NCBI GenBank assembly: GCA_052327205.1
Contig: CM126223.1
Span: forward strand, 57,908,001 to 57,972,000
Length of the DNA stretch: 64,000 nt
Direction of reading: 5' to 3'
DNA from: Somniosus microcephalus
Taxonomy: Eukaryota
The notes under the pieces were generated by a model. The model made no database searches. It was not told where the DNA came from and was given only the letters and a program-made list of their open reading frames with translations. The translations under genes were made by a program, and so were the position numbers. Positions 36,301 through 50,697 of the stretch are shown here, in pieces. How positions within the stretch are numbered: the first letter of the stretch is position 1; the number at the start of each line of letters is the position of its first letter.

Positions 36301-37391
36301 AAATTCGAGTCCTTTCCTTTCAGGCTGGATTATTTTCTGTTTTATGGAGGCAATTATTCAACCTGGTGTGATTGGAGGGCATTTCCTCAGAGTAACACAA
36401 ATTCCCTTGTGAATCTTGCAGTAATTAAGCTGAATTGTCTGGGTGAGAAGCTGACTGATGAAATGCTAATATAAACTTTGCTACACTGTAGTGATGCCTA
36501 GAAATTCATTTCTTAGGCAGGTGGAGGGAAAATCTCTCTGTTGCAGACTGTGCAGTTTGAAATTATATCACTGTCAGATCAGGTTATGTCTGCTGTGACC
36601 TCTTCCAGATGGAAACCTCTATCTGATATTGACAGCAGCAACCTAAGTGGGAAAGGACCTTTTACTTTTTGACCCTTGGTCCAGCATGACTGCAGGAGAT
36701 TATTTTGTTCTGCCGGCCATACATTGGTGTGTTTAAATCAAGAAGGGACTTTTGTTTGAATAAATCTGAAAACAAAGAACATAGTTAAGTTATAAATACG
36801 CTTCAGTTATTATTTTTATTATTCAATATTATTTGTTTTAATCAATATTTGAACTGAAAATATTTGACCACTGGCCTTTTTAAAGTTCAGACATCTTGTC
36901 CGAAGGCACACTGTTTCAAGAGTGTGTTTCTGGAGCAGAGCTGGTTGTGTAGTTTAGCCCGTGCATGAGTGGCTTGAAGTTAGCAAAATATGACCGGTTA
37001 TGGTAACTAGGTTAGCAGACACAGGAAATGGGATTGGTGAGGTCTCTTCCTGCCAACAAATTGCTGCCCTCCCAGCGTACTAAAATTCTATTGAGCAGTT
37101 CAACTTTCAAATGTTCTGTATGTAAAAACCGGAACTTGCAACAGTGCTATCTATGAAAAGGTCAAGTAGATCTATTGTGTACAAGTTTTTAGTTACTTAG
37201 TACAAGTACAGTCAAATTCTAATACAAGAATATGCTGAATTGAGAGCTTCAATTGAATAGATAATTCTGTATGTTGGCCATCTTTGTACAGCATGGTAGT
37301 GAACATTTTAAGATTCATAATTCCAGAATTTTAAATGTATGTGTATGCCTGTGTCATACCTTTTGGAATTAACAAGTTTTATAGATATATT

Positions 37392-38123
37392 GGTCTGGAT
37401 TTTGCGGTCAGTGGCGAACTAACAACGGTAGCTGTTCATTATACGTGCACTTGCCCACATTTTCTCTGGGCTTTTGTACTGGAATTTGCAGTGATTAGAA
37501 ATCCAAAACAGCTGATGGCTTCTACAGGGGATCTGGAACCTGTGTGAATAGGGCAAGTAACTGTATATCTCCTTAACCAATCAGATTGAAGAAACCTTAC
37601 TGAGACATGCAGCGTCTGAACCAGGACGCGCAAGTTAGAATAGATAATTCAATGCCAAATCATGTACAGAAAGCGAAGTAGAGAGATGGGATAAAGTGAC
37701 AGAGATGAAACAAAAAAGTTTAAATAAAAAAAAAAAATCTCCAACAATAATTAAAATCTGAAGGAATGAGACTCCACATTTGTAAAAGTTAATTTTCAGT
37801 GCCAGAGAGGTTGTTTGGCAGTAATTAAGACTTACCATGCTGTTAAAAATTCACTTATAAGTGAATGGACAAGCTCTAACATTTTTCTGACGAGTTTAGT
37901 GGGCAAGTACTCCATCACACCTTTCATGTATTTGAATGCCGAGTCTCTCGGCGAGATACTGTTTTATAGTGCAGCTTCTGGAGGAGCAGGGCAACTCGGA
38001 CAGCAACTTCCTGATTTCTGCGTTCAACTGCTCGTGTGCGGCCGCTGGAAGTTGCTGTCCAATTTATTCCTTAACGGTGAGCGCCGATAGCCTCACTGTT
38101 ACTTTTACCGCAAAATCCAGGCC
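37392..38123. mobile_element. MITE family B copy
   Basis: TIR GGTCTGGATTTTGCGG / CCGCAAAATCCAGGCC with ATT on both flanks. Confidence 0.88.
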
Positions 38124-41100
38124 ATTATATCAAAATTCCACGGCATGGCATGATAGGATGTGTGAATCCACACACGGTGAATTTCTGATCTCATTCACAT
38201 CGCTAGAATGAGGTGCCAAGTAGTGGGCAGGTTTTCTCTTGAAGGGCAAATTGAAGTGCAACACTTGGTAGCCAAATACTGAACAGCACTGATGGGGCCT
38301 GAAGTGCAAGTTACCTGGGAAATGAGGGTTGCCCTAGGAAGAGTAGAGAACCTAAGAATTATTTTTAGTTATTGAAGCTTTCAGTCTCAAGTGCAAATAT
38401 TTAAATTTCTATACAAACTAACTGTGCTGCCTGAACTTGCTCGGCTGCATTTCCAGATCCTGGAATGAGAGAGAAATACGTGGTGTAAATCACATTGTAA
38501 AGGTACAAATTCCTTCGCTGCAGAACATCTTTTAGATTGTGGAAATTGGAGCATTTTCCATTCTGGAGTGGTCCTGCGAGATCCGCTCCACACATTCACC
38601 ACTCTATGCATAAAGTGGTTTCATCTCATGTTGAAGTACCCACACACAAGTGCAATCCCCTACTCCATTGAGTTGGATGATGTAGTGCTAAGTGGAGCAA
38701 ATAGTGTAGGTAGAAGGGAGAATTGGATAGATATTTGAGGGAGTATGCGATTGAATGATATTAGATTTGGGGACTGGTCAGATGGACTGCAGAGCCTTTT
38801 CCAGCCCTAGATGTTCCTATGTTGCTACTTTCCTATATTACACTAAGATGTGGCAAATCTGTAGTCATGTGGTGTCAGAGCACTGGAGTCCCATCACAGA
38901 ACAGCACAGAATAGTGGGAAATTAGATTAAAAACCTTGTCTAACTCTGGGTGTTCTGTATTGAAAACTGCATGTTCTCTGGAAAGTAATTAAATTTTTTG
39001 AAACTGTTCAGAGAGAATTAGAATAAATATAATGGACTTTGTCAGCTTTAGTAATGTATATTAAAATATTGAAAATGCTTAAATAATTTTGGGTATTTTA
39101 AAGCTATTGCAACATTCTTTTTTGAAGTACAACAGACATATAGCAAGCATACTGACTCCAAAACACAGCAGCTTTCCTTCCAATGTAACAATCTGGATAA
39201 TATCTAATGTCATATCGGTAGCCCTTGGGACTAAAAATTGATCAGTGTCAGCCTAAACTTTCACAGTACAGTATTGACTATCTTACAGCAGAATAGAGAG
39301 AGTCATCTTTGTTTTTGCTGCACTTCCGCTTAAGCTGGCAAACTTCTGTCCATTGGATCAAGTTGCAGTTTTTTCTGTTTCTGTCTTGGAGCCCCAGTCT
39401 TAATCATCCTGGTGACCTCTGCAACTGAGAAATAGCAGCTAATGTCATGAACTCATTATCTAAGGATTATCATAGTCTTTTAGCAACTTTTTGAAAAACT
39501 AGCTATATTTCTCCAATTAAGTTTTAGTGGGAAGATGTGATGGGAAAATCACACAGGTATGCATTGAATTAGAATCCTATTCAATTTTGTAGGGCTTGTT
39601 TCAAATCTGCCTCAAATCTCCTACTTTTAATTTTTTTACAATTGGAATAGGCATGTTTTGACACACAGCTTCTCAACTGGGTACCATCTTGAAAATTAAC
39701 CTTGTAATCTGGTATCTAGCAAACACTAGATTTCCAAGAAATGTTAAACATTAGTCCTGAACTTGAATTACAATCGTCACGCTGAAGTGCTGGTTCAGTC
39801 CTTTGTATGACGTTTCCTGGATGAATATCTGCATTCTCCACTTACTTTACCTAGTCAAGTTTTTAGTTAACTAAAATCACAAACTACAGGTACGGTGTGA
39901 TTACTTTACTTTATTTCCAGATTACAAACAAGAATAAAGTCTTGAATTATAATTCATCTAGTGGTTGACATTTAATTGGGGGCTGGGGCGAATGGAATAT
40001 GTACAGCAGAGTATGGTAAAATACTTTCACAGTTGCCCCTTAAGAGCACAGCAAATTGATGAAAATCATATTTAAATTATTAAATACTTTGTGCAAAGTG
40101 TTAAGCCCCTACTCGCAGAGTAATCTTGTGAAAATGTTAATGATGAATGGACTCAGCAGATGAAGGAAATTTGGTTGATATTGCAGATACTGACTTTCAG
40201 AAGCTAGTTGACATGGTTCGCTCACAGAAGAATTTATAGCAAAATTAAAGGCTCATGGTGAAGTGCCTAATTAGATTGAAAATTGCATTTTGTAACTTGT
40301 GGGATTTGTAAATGATTCTATGTACTGGTTTTCTAATTGATTTGCACCATTAAAACCAAGTCACGTTGTTGATTCCCAATTTTAATAAAATAATTGCAGC
40401 ATAGATTTCTCTAAAATAATCTGGTGTAATCACTATTTGTGAATTTGCTGTTGACCTCGAATACAAGTTGTTGTGTGATTTGTTAAATTAATATTGTACT
40501 ATGTTTAATATTCCATGTTCAGGTGCAATCTAAAGAAATGTAGAATAGTCTATTTTCACTGTTCTGAAATGTTACAGCCACATTTAGAAAGATCATTCCA
40601 ATTATACCACCTATGCTATATATTTGTATTTAAGTTCCCACAAATGTTTAAGCAGACTGTACATGTATATCTCTTCCTGTTGGCAGGATAAGAATTTACA
40701 AATCCATCCTTTAGTCTGTCACCCTTGGAAGAATCTGGGGTCCACATAATGAGTCCTCAATGTTGCCAAAACACACTCAAACTAGGATTCATCATGAATG
40801 GTGTGTGTTAAAAGTCCCTCAAATTGCAAATGATTCGAACTCCAATTACTGCTGAAGAGTATTTCTTTTTAATATTTTGCAAAAGTTCCACCATTCTAAC
40901 TGCAGCGATAGGATGACTGTCTGTCTCATGGGGTTGGGGTGGGAAACGAGCTTCCCCTCTTTCCCCCCCCCCCCCCCCCTCCCCCCTACATTGGCACTAC
41001 ATAGCAACTGAGCCTCGACCATTGTAATAACTGATGTTTACCTAAACATTTTTAGAACTAGTACCTAATCAACAAAAACATTTTAAATGTTTTGTTCTGA

Positions 41101-42599
41101 TTGATCATATGTTGTATATACTACAGTAGTTTTCGTGTTAAAGCTTTATTTGACATTTTCTGTTATTTTCTTGCCAAGCATTTGTATCCGTTTTGAGATT
41201 TTAGTTCTGTAAAAGAAAAATTGTAAAATGTGCACAGGTACCTCGGAAGTCCTCATGCATGACTTGTTCGTTCAGCTTTGTTGTAAAATCCACTTGTCTG
41301 AACCTTAGATGGCTGACAGTGAAAATAATGCGCAGACCTAATGGCATCATCACTAATGTAAAGGGCAGGGTAGAACAATTGCAAATCAATACCGTACAAT
41401 GTCTGCAAAGCTACAGCTGAGGTTTTGGATTTCTTTCTGCCTGAAAAATCTTTACCCAGTGCTGATGGGAAATACAGTATTGGGAAAAAGCTGGTCTAAT
41501 GTGTTGAATGATTCACTAAAACTAAAATATCTTGAGGGCAACTAGAGAAGTCTAAGGCAATGCATTAAACAATTGGGATGTGCACTGTTGGCTTAATGTT
41601 TCCTTTTAAACACAAATTGTAATGTCTTGGGAGATGGGAATATGGACAAGAGGGAGATAAACAACACCAAGGCTTCAGATGAGTCGGCTGGATCTTTTGT
41701 CTAATATTCCTGTACTGCTTCTGTTTTTAATAAAAACTATGCACTAGTTGGAGGTAAAATCTACTGAGTCATACAGGCTTTGTCAGCATCCAGCTGCTAA
41801 AAGTGACCTAGTTTTTACACTCTTGCATCTTCAGTAATTTTACTCTTCTCTCCCCCCCCCCCCCCCCCCCCAAGGTTGTTTTAGCCCTATCTATGCTAGA
41901 AAAGCATTTGCATTCCTAATCACTACAAGTGATTGGCTCAGGATGTTTTCAATATCGACAGTTCTGAGTGAACAAATTGGAATGCTGGCAGTCCAGTCCT
42001 ACTTGGAATACAAATGTGTCTGAAAGAATCAAGTCTGACATTCCTGTTTACTTTGAAACTCCAATAAACACTTGGATACGAAACCAAATTTTGTAAGAGT
42101 ATAATGCATCTCTCTAGTAACAATCTTTTCATTTTTATTATAAACATGAGATTATATAATTATATTTCACCTAATATTTAATTTGCTTTGCAATTTGCTC
42201 AGCCCCTATAATCCTTGTAGTTGTGGTTCAATTAATAGTCAGAGCTTGTAGGTCAGGACTTTAAGCTTGCACTTCAGTATAGTACTGAGGATTTGTTGCA
42301 CTTTTGAAAGTGCTGTTCACTGGGAGGAAATTTTAAAACCAAGGATCTTTTTGCCTATTTCACTGGTTCCGATGGACACTTAAAGATGCTTTTATATTGT
42401 GACCCATATAGTGTCACTGTCTCCCAACCATTTGCAACCCAAGGCCAACAGACAGGAAGACTCGGGGTTGTGAAAGCCACTGGTCTTGACAAACCCTAGG
42501 TTGTAGATGGTTCCTAGCCACTGACTGTAGCAAATCTGCTAAGTTTGCTTTGGCATTGCAGCTATCCGCATGATCAGTATTATCCAGGAACCCCTGACT

Positions 42600-42635
42600 G
42601 ATTATGCACATTTGGATGATTATGCACATTTGGAT
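42600..42635. repeat. 18-bp tandem duplication GATTATGCACATTTGGAT x2
   Basis: Read directly from the sequence. Confidence 0.9.
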
Positions 42636-45600
42636 GTTAAGTGGGAAAAAGATCAAACTTGGCTGTGATGACCCTGCAATCAAGTAAACTTGCATACTCA
42701 TTATGCAAGCTCATGTAATGAATGGCTACTAGAGTAATATACCAGCGAGCACCTGCTGGGAGTCGAAGCAGAGTTCTTAACTGCAATATGAAAGCAGCTA
42801 ATGATCTCATGGCACTATTTGAAGAGCAGGGAGTTCTCCTGTCGGATATTCCTCCATCAACCAATACCACCAAAAACAGGTTAACTAGCCATTCAACTCG
42901 TGATGGAATTTTGCTGTGCACAAAATGGCTCGTCACTTAATTTAAAGTAATTCTTTGCATCTGAATCAATTACTATTTTTCACTTGGCAATTTGAAGCAC
43001 CTGCCCACCTTCACCTGAGTTATCTCCTTGCTAAGGAGGGACTCTTATTCAGTAAAGTTTTACAAGCACCTCTCAGCAGCTGGTCTGTGCAGCAATACCA
43101 GAGACTGCAGAAGTTGCATGGCTTTGGGCAGAGAAGGTATTGTACTAAACAAAAAATAATCAATGAGTTATTGCTCCAGTTTTTGCCGTACTGGTGTTGG
43201 GGGTCTCCTACCATTCATTACAACAGCTGAAATTGGGGTTGCTGCTATTACTGGGAGAGTAATCTCCACATGCACAGTAAAATGCAGCATATCCTCCTTC
43301 GCAGTAAATTTCAATTCCCAGATACCTAAACTCTTTCATATGAAGAATGAATCTTACTAGTTTTTCTTCTCCTTCCTCTCCTGAAGGTATTAACTTTGTG
43401 GTATGGTTCCACAGCTTTCCTCTGGCTACAAATGCAGAATAGGAAGGAAAGGAAAAGAACTTGATTTAGGTTCTTCTAAAATGGCAATCAATTGTTTTAC
43501 AGACAACTGTCCAGTGTGCTCTGTAAGGCTCCTGACAATCTGAGAATGCTAGGAGATTCAGACAGGTTTATCCCAGCTGTACGGTTACAATAAAAACTTC
43601 TTAAAAACATCAGACTCCAGAAATTGAATCGTTTCTAATATGCACTATAGGGAGGACCTTTTCATCACCCTTGAATGCACTGATTGTATGGTAGATGGGT
43701 TGGGGGCAGGTAGACATTATATTCCACTCCATTAAAGGATGTTTTAGTAGCTTCGAATTTAAATTGGAGCCTTTTTTAATGAACATATTTAGCCTCTGCA
43801 ATTTCTCATTCTGAAATGTAGCAAAGTTATATAAATACCATTTGTTGTTGCAGCTTATTCACTATCCTAATCAGTTTTTTCCACACATACTTGTATCCAT
43901 AGTAATGTTTGAATGACATTTCCTCCTAAAACTCTTTGGTTTGGGTGATGTCATAGAGTGGTCATATGCGATTTCAACCCCAGCTCCGAATTATAGACCT
44001 GCTTTGGTCTGATACCAAGCAGAGACCTGGTGCGTTCCAACAGGGGGGAATCTAGGAGCAGTCTTCGACTGCTTTTGTACGCCACCTAGCATTGGTTCAG
44101 ATGGTATGGAGGGGGCCTGGATGTATGTCACTGCCCCCCTCGTGTGACTCTCTAATTGATGACCTGAGGAGGGGGAAAAGGATGAGAAAAATTTATAGGA
44201 TCATTATTTTCAAGTGTTAGGCAGATTTTTTTGCGAGATTAAGGAGAAATGTCTATTTTGTCATGCTCAAGTGATTCAATGATGTATGCCAATTATGTTT
44301 GACAGACTTTTCTCTTTGCATGCAATGCCATTTTAAAGTGACTGGCGCTGAATTGTACAGAATTCATCCAAATATAGTTTCCTATTGCTGCACATTTTTT
44401 AAATGTGAGGAACATATTTAGTCTGCATATACCAGTATTGTATAAATACTTTCAAATGGTTGGATTCCAAAGTCCCTTGACTGAACATGTGATCATTTGG
44501 TCCCATTAATGCTATCTGTATGACTTGGCAAACATTAATGGTTAAACTATAACACTAAAGGTCACTTGCATGGATTCATTATTGACCTTTTCCTGGTAAT
44601 TATGATACTGACTTAAAGAGCAATGCTAGTAGAATAGTAGTATCATGAGCCAATGAAAATTATGGGATTGCCATTTTTTTAATACAAGAAAATGAATGTT
44701 TCAGAATGGAACAATGTTTCAGATGTGCAGTAAAGATTATCGCCATGTGTAAACCATGTATTTTACTGTGCATCCCTCTAATTGAAAAGAACAATTATTC
44801 CAGGTCAAGAAAATCAGTTAAGACAACCGTATACATTGCTGTTTATTGGATAGTAATGATTACATTTCCATAAATGCCACCAAGATAATTGGTGTTCTGC
44901 AGAACCAAGATTTTAGCTTTTTTATATTTACTTATAACACATGTAGCACATCTAGTTTGAATCTACATTAAAAATTATTCTACATAGAATAAGCATGAGC
45001 AGTTCAGTTAAGATGCACTTGGGAGCAAGTCCAGGGCTGTACATTTGCTATAGGCAATGCGTAAGAATTATGCTCACTTTGAAATGTATCCTGTGCATTA
45101 AAGTGAATAGGCTAGAAATTGCTGGGAAATCGCACCAGTACATGGAATTACATAGAACATACGGCACAGAAACTGGCCATTTGGCCCAACTGGTCCATGT
45201 CGGTGTTTATGCACCACACGAGCCTCCACCCACCCTACTTCAACTAACCCTATTACAGTAGAATAAAGCATTAATGTCTTGCGCCATTATTAATTCATAA
45301 TTCCAGCAGTTTGTTGCGTAACTGAGATATGCCATGAGTGCCGAACCTTCGCAAATTGTTGGACGATTTGCGCTGCTCCTCAGTTAGCCGCATCAAAGCT
45401 GATCAGTCTGTTCTCGCTCTGAGGCTCCTATTGTAGTTAATGACTATCAAGAAATTGCTGGATTTACAACATTATTGCGACCTAATCATGTCACGGTCAT
45501 TTGGGGCTGGAAATCTATGATGATGATGAGATTTATGGTCCTCGCATGACCCCTCAACATGGGAGGTCCATGAAAGGACCAGTATAACTGGAGTCACCTG

Positions 45601-47507
45601 GCAATTAGTGAATTGTTTCCGGAGATTTTTAATTTTTGGCAGCCTTTTTGTGTCAGTCTTGCCATCCATGCTCCTGTTGGTGTCGGAAGGCAATAATTTT
45701 CAAGATACAAAGCTGTTTCGACACTTGGAAGAGGGTGAAATCGGTGCAATTGCATACCCGCTGGGTGTTCCACTATTCCTGATCACGATGGACAACCTAG
45801 AAGAGGAGTCGAGAGCAGGCCGTTTAGTGAGAGACACCCGCTGTGATGGACAGTAAAAGTTCCAAATAATGAATCTTATTTACAACCGAATTTTGGAAAG
45901 TTAGTGCCAAGTTACTACTTTTACATTAATTTTTAAACCTACACATGGGAATGTAGTTTAAAGGAACTTGGTGTTCTGTGAGAAGGTAAATTTCTACTAA
46001 TCACAAAAATAATTTTGTTACCAGCTAGCGCCAGTTGTGAATATGATGCTTCATTTTTTAAAGAAATGGTCATTTCATGGAACTGTCAGTAATGAAGTTT
46101 TTCTATTATGCATTTCAAATCATGTTGTGGAAGCCAGTGAGGAACATGTCATTACAGCATTCTTACACAACCATTTAGTAATGATGCAACCAGAAATTTG
46201 ATGATTAAGCACAGTAAGAGACAAAATAAAGTTTATCTTCCATCTCATTAAAAAAAATTGTTTTTATCCTGGTTGTACAAATAGATGTCCTTTTATAATA
46301 AGCTATCTGAGAACACTGGTAATCAATGAGGATTCTGCTACTCCTTTGGAATCTATTGTAACTAAACTATTCCTCCTCTTACTATATTACTATTGAAGTT
46401 TAAAATGTATTCATTAAATCATGTTAGAAATGGAAATTGCCAGTCTTTGTATAGCATTATCCACACCCAGTATTTTCCAACAGGTTTTTTATATTATAGT
46501 AATGTATAACAAACCATGAGGCTGGTTTTAAGCGATTTCCTTCACAACATTACTGTACCTACTGTGTTTATGCAATTTTTCTTAAGTAATTCTGTATTCT
46601 TTTAGATTACTGACATTGTAAAGAATACAGCTTCCATATTAATTGAAAAAGAAGTTTTGTTTTATGTTTTTTAAGGTGCTTAGTGTAGGCATTGGTGGAT
46701 AATTGATCTATTGCCAAAATTAAACCAGGTAAGGGTAAAGTAATTTCCAACGTTCTAACATGGGCATAAGGTACTGAATAGAGTCTGTTAGCATTTCCGC
46801 TCCTAAATGGCATTGCAAGTTATGTATATGCATGAGAAAATCTCTTGTGTCTCAGCTTTGTTCATAACCTTTTTGTAGCAGAGGTTGGACTTGTTATATT
46901 CACTTGAATACAGCTAATTAACATCAGGCTTTGAAGATAGATTGCAAACACTGGGATGATATGAATCATTGTTTACACTGCTGCTAATATCAACACTATT
47001 AGCAAAAGTAATAGGACCGCAATTAAATACTTCCTAATCTTATGAGTGAAATTGTTTTTTTTAACAATGTCCTTTTATAACTCTCTGTAGTTTTTGTATT
47101 GTCTTAATTTATACTTGTAAACCTCACATTACACAAGTTTGCAATCCCCTCCCCCCCCCCCCCTCCCCAACCTATTTTCACTGATCTAATCCCCAAAATT
47201 CCATGGACTAGATTGTGATGCAGTGAAATCTGATGATCGGATTATTATTTTTTTATTTTATATTTTGCTTTAAGTCCCTATTGCTGCTTTGAAGCACCAG
47301 CCCTGCCTCTCGGGCAGGAAAATGAAACCATCTGTCAACTTCAGTAACCCAAAAATCAGCCATTGACAAAGTCTGAAGCAAATATTGTGCTTTTGACCCT
47401 TCCAAGGTGTATTCCATTTCTAGGGTGTCAAAGGTGCAATTTACATTTTATATAGAAGCCCCCATACAATTTATCCACGGCTTGTGTTCTCCGAAATTGC
47501 TAGAATA

Positions 47508-47685
47508 TATAAGAACATAAGACGCAGGAGTAGGTCATTTGGCCCCTCAAGCCTGCTCCACCATTCAATAAGATTATGGCTGATCTGATCTTGGCCTCCG
47601 CTCCACTTCCCTGCCTGCTCCCCATAACCCTTGACTCCCTTATCGTTCAAAAATCTGTCTATCTCCACCTTAAATATATTCAATG
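47508..47685 (-). mobile_element. CR1 3' end (antisense), same subfamily as 29960-30312
   Basis: ATAAGAACATAAGA tail and the minus-strand peptide NIFKVEIDRFL..KGVKGYG. Confidence 0.85.
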
Positions 47686-48793
47686 AATGAAATTCATGAG
47701 GTATCTATTGTCGCTAGATGCACTATTATCTACAATACTGTATATAAAAAATCTTGTGTCTGCAAGCACTTCTGGTCAACTTTCCCATAATTAATTCCCA
47801 TGTCCTTAATTATAATGGAAACTCTATGTAAACTTCACACTGTATGTAATTACATTTTCCTGCCAGTAGCGGCACTGCATTGACACAAGGGTGGTTGCAG
47901 CGTCACGTTTACATGGGGAGTTTTCATTAAAATTTAGACCTAGAAATTTATAATGAAAATAAGACCGTATATACAACTTGGAAATTAGTAAATGACATAT
48001 GCGTGACCTAGTCCTCTAACTCTGCTTCACCTGAAGACTTAAGTTGGTCATGTCTCTTCATCTGCAATGCCACAGGATATAGACTAGTATTTTTTTTCCA
48101 TTCTTGATGATAGAACCTTGGACCCTGATTGCAGCTAGTTTTTCTCTCAAACATTAGCTTTGTAATTTAATTTGACCTCTTTGCCCTTGTACAAATCAGT
48201 ACTATTTACTGACTAGAGCTGCTGCCTTTTCGTAAATTCAAAACCAAACTAGTAGCATGATAGGGGCATGAAAGCTGGACCATGCCTTGAATTGAGTTCT
48301 TGGTGACAAATAATTGAAAACCTTAAGGCTTCTACATCACAAAAATAAATACAACAGGGTGGACATTTGCCCCATCGTGTTCATTCTTCCATAGAAACGA
48401 TTATCCCATCATAGCGTCTAACTCTCTCTCTTCAAGGACTCCAGAGTTTTTGCCTCCATTACCTTACCTGGAAGACCATACGAGGTATCACTTTGTGTGA
48501 AGAAGTGCTTTCTGACCTCAGTCCGAACGTGCCTTTTACCAGTGTGTGCTTATTGACCTGCACTTGTGATTATAGTGCTCAGGATTAACTCTTTCTATTC
48601 CACTTGTATAGCTGTATAAAGTACGTTCACATTCACCTTTCAAGACTGAAAATCCAAGTTTTTCTAGCCTTTCCTCATAAATCAGTCCTCTAGCATCAGG
48701 AATTAGCCTTGTGAACCTTCACTGGCACCACTTCAAGGGTTTGGATGTTTAAGGCGCTAACCTGCCATGAGTACTATGCAGCTTCAGTACAAT

Positions 48794-49135
48794 GGCCTCA
48801 GTTGGTAGTACTCTCTCCACAACAGTTAGAAAGTTGCGGGTTTAAGGCCCACTTGAGCTCGTAATTTAGGCTAAGGGAGGAACAGCTTTCGGATGAAACA
48901 TTAAAGTCGTTCAGGGAGGTAAAAGATCCAAGGCATTATTTTCAGAGCAGGAATTGTTGGTGTTCTGGCCACCATTCCTCCCTCAACCAAGATCAAATTA
49001 ATTGTCGTTTATCCTATTGCAGTTTGTAGATAAACTGGCTACTGTGTTCTTCTGCCTCATAACAGTGACTACAATTGGCTGGGAAGCATTTAAGGATATC
49101 CTGAGGACATGGAAAGCATTATATAAATTATTTTC
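48794..49135 (+). mobile_element. Degraded SacSINE1/DeuSINE-like SINE
   Basis: CTCAGTTGGTAGTACTCT head, TTTCGGATGAAACATTAAA core and L2-like tail. Confidence 0.6.
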
Positions 49136-49149
49136 TTACATGAAAGCCA

Positions 49150-50270
49150 TCAACTTTTATTTATATAGCACCTTTAATGTAAAAGAACATACCAAGGTAC
49201 TTTAGAGGTATAATCAAAAATGGGCACTCAGCCAAAGGAGGAGATATTAGAAGGGATGGCCAAAAGCTTGGTCAAAGGGTCGTAAAGGAAGAGAGGAAGG
49301 TGGAGAGATGGGGTTCAGGGAGTGAAGTCCAGAGCATGGGGCCTAGGTGGCCAAAGGTGGGGTGAAGGGAATCAAAGGAACAAAGAGTTCTTGGGGGTGG
49401 AGGAATTGTAGGGCTGTAGGAGGTTACGGAGAATGGGGAGGGTGAGGCTGCGAAGGAATTTAAACACATGAGAATTTTAAATTGGGGGACAAAGAGCCAG
49501 TGTAGATCATTAAGGTCAGGAATTATGGGTGAGCGGGACTTAGTGCAGGATTGGATGCAGGCAGCAGAGTTGAATGAGCTGCCGTTTAGAACATGGAGGA
49601 CGGGAAACCAACCAGGAGAGCATTGGAATAGTGGAGTCTGGAGGTGACAAATGTATGAACAGGAGTTTCAGCAGCCGATCAGCTGAGTCAGAAGCAAAGG
49701 TAGAGGTGGGTGATGTTATGAAGGTGGAAGTAGGCTGCCTTTGTAATGGAGAGGTTATGGGGTCGGAAGCTCAGCTTGGGGTCAAATAGGAACCCGCGGT
49801 TGTGAGCAGTCTGATTCAATCCAAGGCGGTGGTTGGGAAAGGAGATGGAATTAGTGGCAAGGGTATGGAGTTTCTGGCTGGAGGCTAAGAGGATGTCATT
49901 GGTCTTCAGTGTTTACCTGGAGTAAATTATGACTCGTTCAAGACCTGATTTCAGACAAACAGTCGGACAGCACAGGCATTGGAAGGTTCAAGAGGTGTTG
50001 GAGAGGCAGAGCTGGGTGTCATCAACGTACATGTAGAAACTGATCCTGTGACTTCGATGGATGTCACCAAGGGGCAACATATGACTGCTGTTTTGAAAGG
50101 GAGGTGGACATTACCCGAGGGTCAGTTAGCATGGGGGCCAGGAAGGGAAGTTTGATGACCATTAGTGGGAATGGGGTCAAGGGAGCAGGAGGTGGGTTTC
50201 ATGGACCAGATGTGCTCGGTGAGGGCATGAGGGGAGCTAGAATGGAAACCAGTGAAAGGCATGGGATCAG
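49150..50270 (-). mobile_element. L2-type LINE fragment (antisense)
   Basis: Reverse-complement L2 tail (ATTTATATAGCACCTTTAATGTA) and a YMYVDDTQL motif on the minus strand near 50010-50036. Confidence 0.75.
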
Positions 50271-50311
50271 GCTCTTTCTGATTCCGTTATTAATTTACAA
50301 TGAACTTTTTT

Positions 50312-50697
50312 ACTCATCCTTGGGACGTGGGCATCGCTGACGGGCTGCCATTTATTGCCCATCCATGGTTGCCCTTGAGAAGATATGGTAGGCTGCCTTC
50401 TTGAGTGGTTTGATACAACTCAGTGGCTTGGTAGGCCACTTTAGAGGGCAGTTAAGAATCAGCCATGTGTGTTGTGTATATAGGGCAGTAAGAATGGCAG
50501 GTTTCCTTCCCTAAAGGACATTAATGAACTAGTTGGGGTTTTACGACAATTCAACAGCTTCATGGTTGCTTTTACTGTTATCAGATTTTTTATTTCCAGA
50601 TTTTTTTTCTTAAACTGAATTCAAATTCTCCAACTGCTATGAACTCACATTCTCTGGATTACTAGTCCAGTAACATAACCAATATGCTACTGTACCC
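50312..50697 (-). mobile_element. tRNA-derived SINE related to 2349-2650 (antisense)
   Basis: CTGGATTACTAGTCCAGTAACATAACC is the reverse complement of the same head, and GACGTGGGC is the reversed tail. Confidence 0.7.
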
